The notes under the pieces were generated by a model, which saw only the letters and a list, made by a program, of their open reading frames with translations, did not search any database and had not been told where the DNA came from. The translations under genes and the position numbers were made by a program. A stretch of 53,087 nucleotides of DNA, filler included, from Bipalium vagum (Eukaryota), in NCBI GenBank assembly GCA_037834085.1. It is 3 parts of 3 records of this genome, joined end to end, with 100 filler letters (N's around TTAATTAATTAA, not from the genome) between each part and the next. Parts side by side here need not be neighbours in the genome. Positions count along the whole stretch, not along the records: positions 34,758 to 53,087 come from JBBMKC010032463.1; 2 more parts are not named here. One strand, 5' to 3'. Positions 52,914 through 53,087 of this stretch are shown here, piece by piece. How positions within the stretch are numbered: position 1 is the stretch's first letter; every line of letters starts with the position of its first letter.

Positions 52914-53087
52914 TAGTACTGTGAAACGCATTTTGAGAAAGTATGGCTTATCGGGACGAATTGCAGTGAAGAAACCATATTTAAACGAGCGACATATAAA
53001 AAATCGTTTGAAGTGGTGCAGAGATTATAGCAAACTGCTTCCTTCTTTTTGGAATGAGATGATTTTTTCTGATGAAAGTCGCATAGA
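52914..53087 (+). mobile_element. Tc1-family transposase fragment, runs off the window
   Basis: STVKRILRKYGLSGRIAVKKPYLNERHIKNRLKWCRDY..WNEMIFSDESRI. Confidence 0.9.

Overview
This is an AT-rich, intron-containing animal genomic window; the host is not identifiable, although the 48-51 nt minimal introns and heavy mariner load are compatible with a planarian-type flatworm. It holds two convergent host genes. The + strand carries an ARID2/BAF200 (PBAF subunit) orthologue with 10 exons from 457 to 16250 (ARM-like region, RFX-like winged helix, two C2H2 fingers, C-terminal EGPVTKHIR helix); its ARID domain lies upstream of the window and its last exon was not found. The - strand carries a sideroflexin with 4 exons from 48687 to 35009; its C-terminal exon(s) were not found. 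The rest is a dense set of decayed transposons (many mariners, IS630/Tc1-like, rosa-like, pogo/Tigger, a Merlin/ISXO2 element, a hAT-Charlie MITE, Ty3/Gypsy pol fragments), microsatellites and three 100-nt assembly gaps, two of which contain an artificial TTAATTAATTAA spacer. The most unexplained stretch is a GC-richer block in an ARID2 intron (about 10530-11021) with a 32-bp tandem repeat followed by three consecutive hairpins. No prokaryotic-type systems (CRISPR, operons) are supported.
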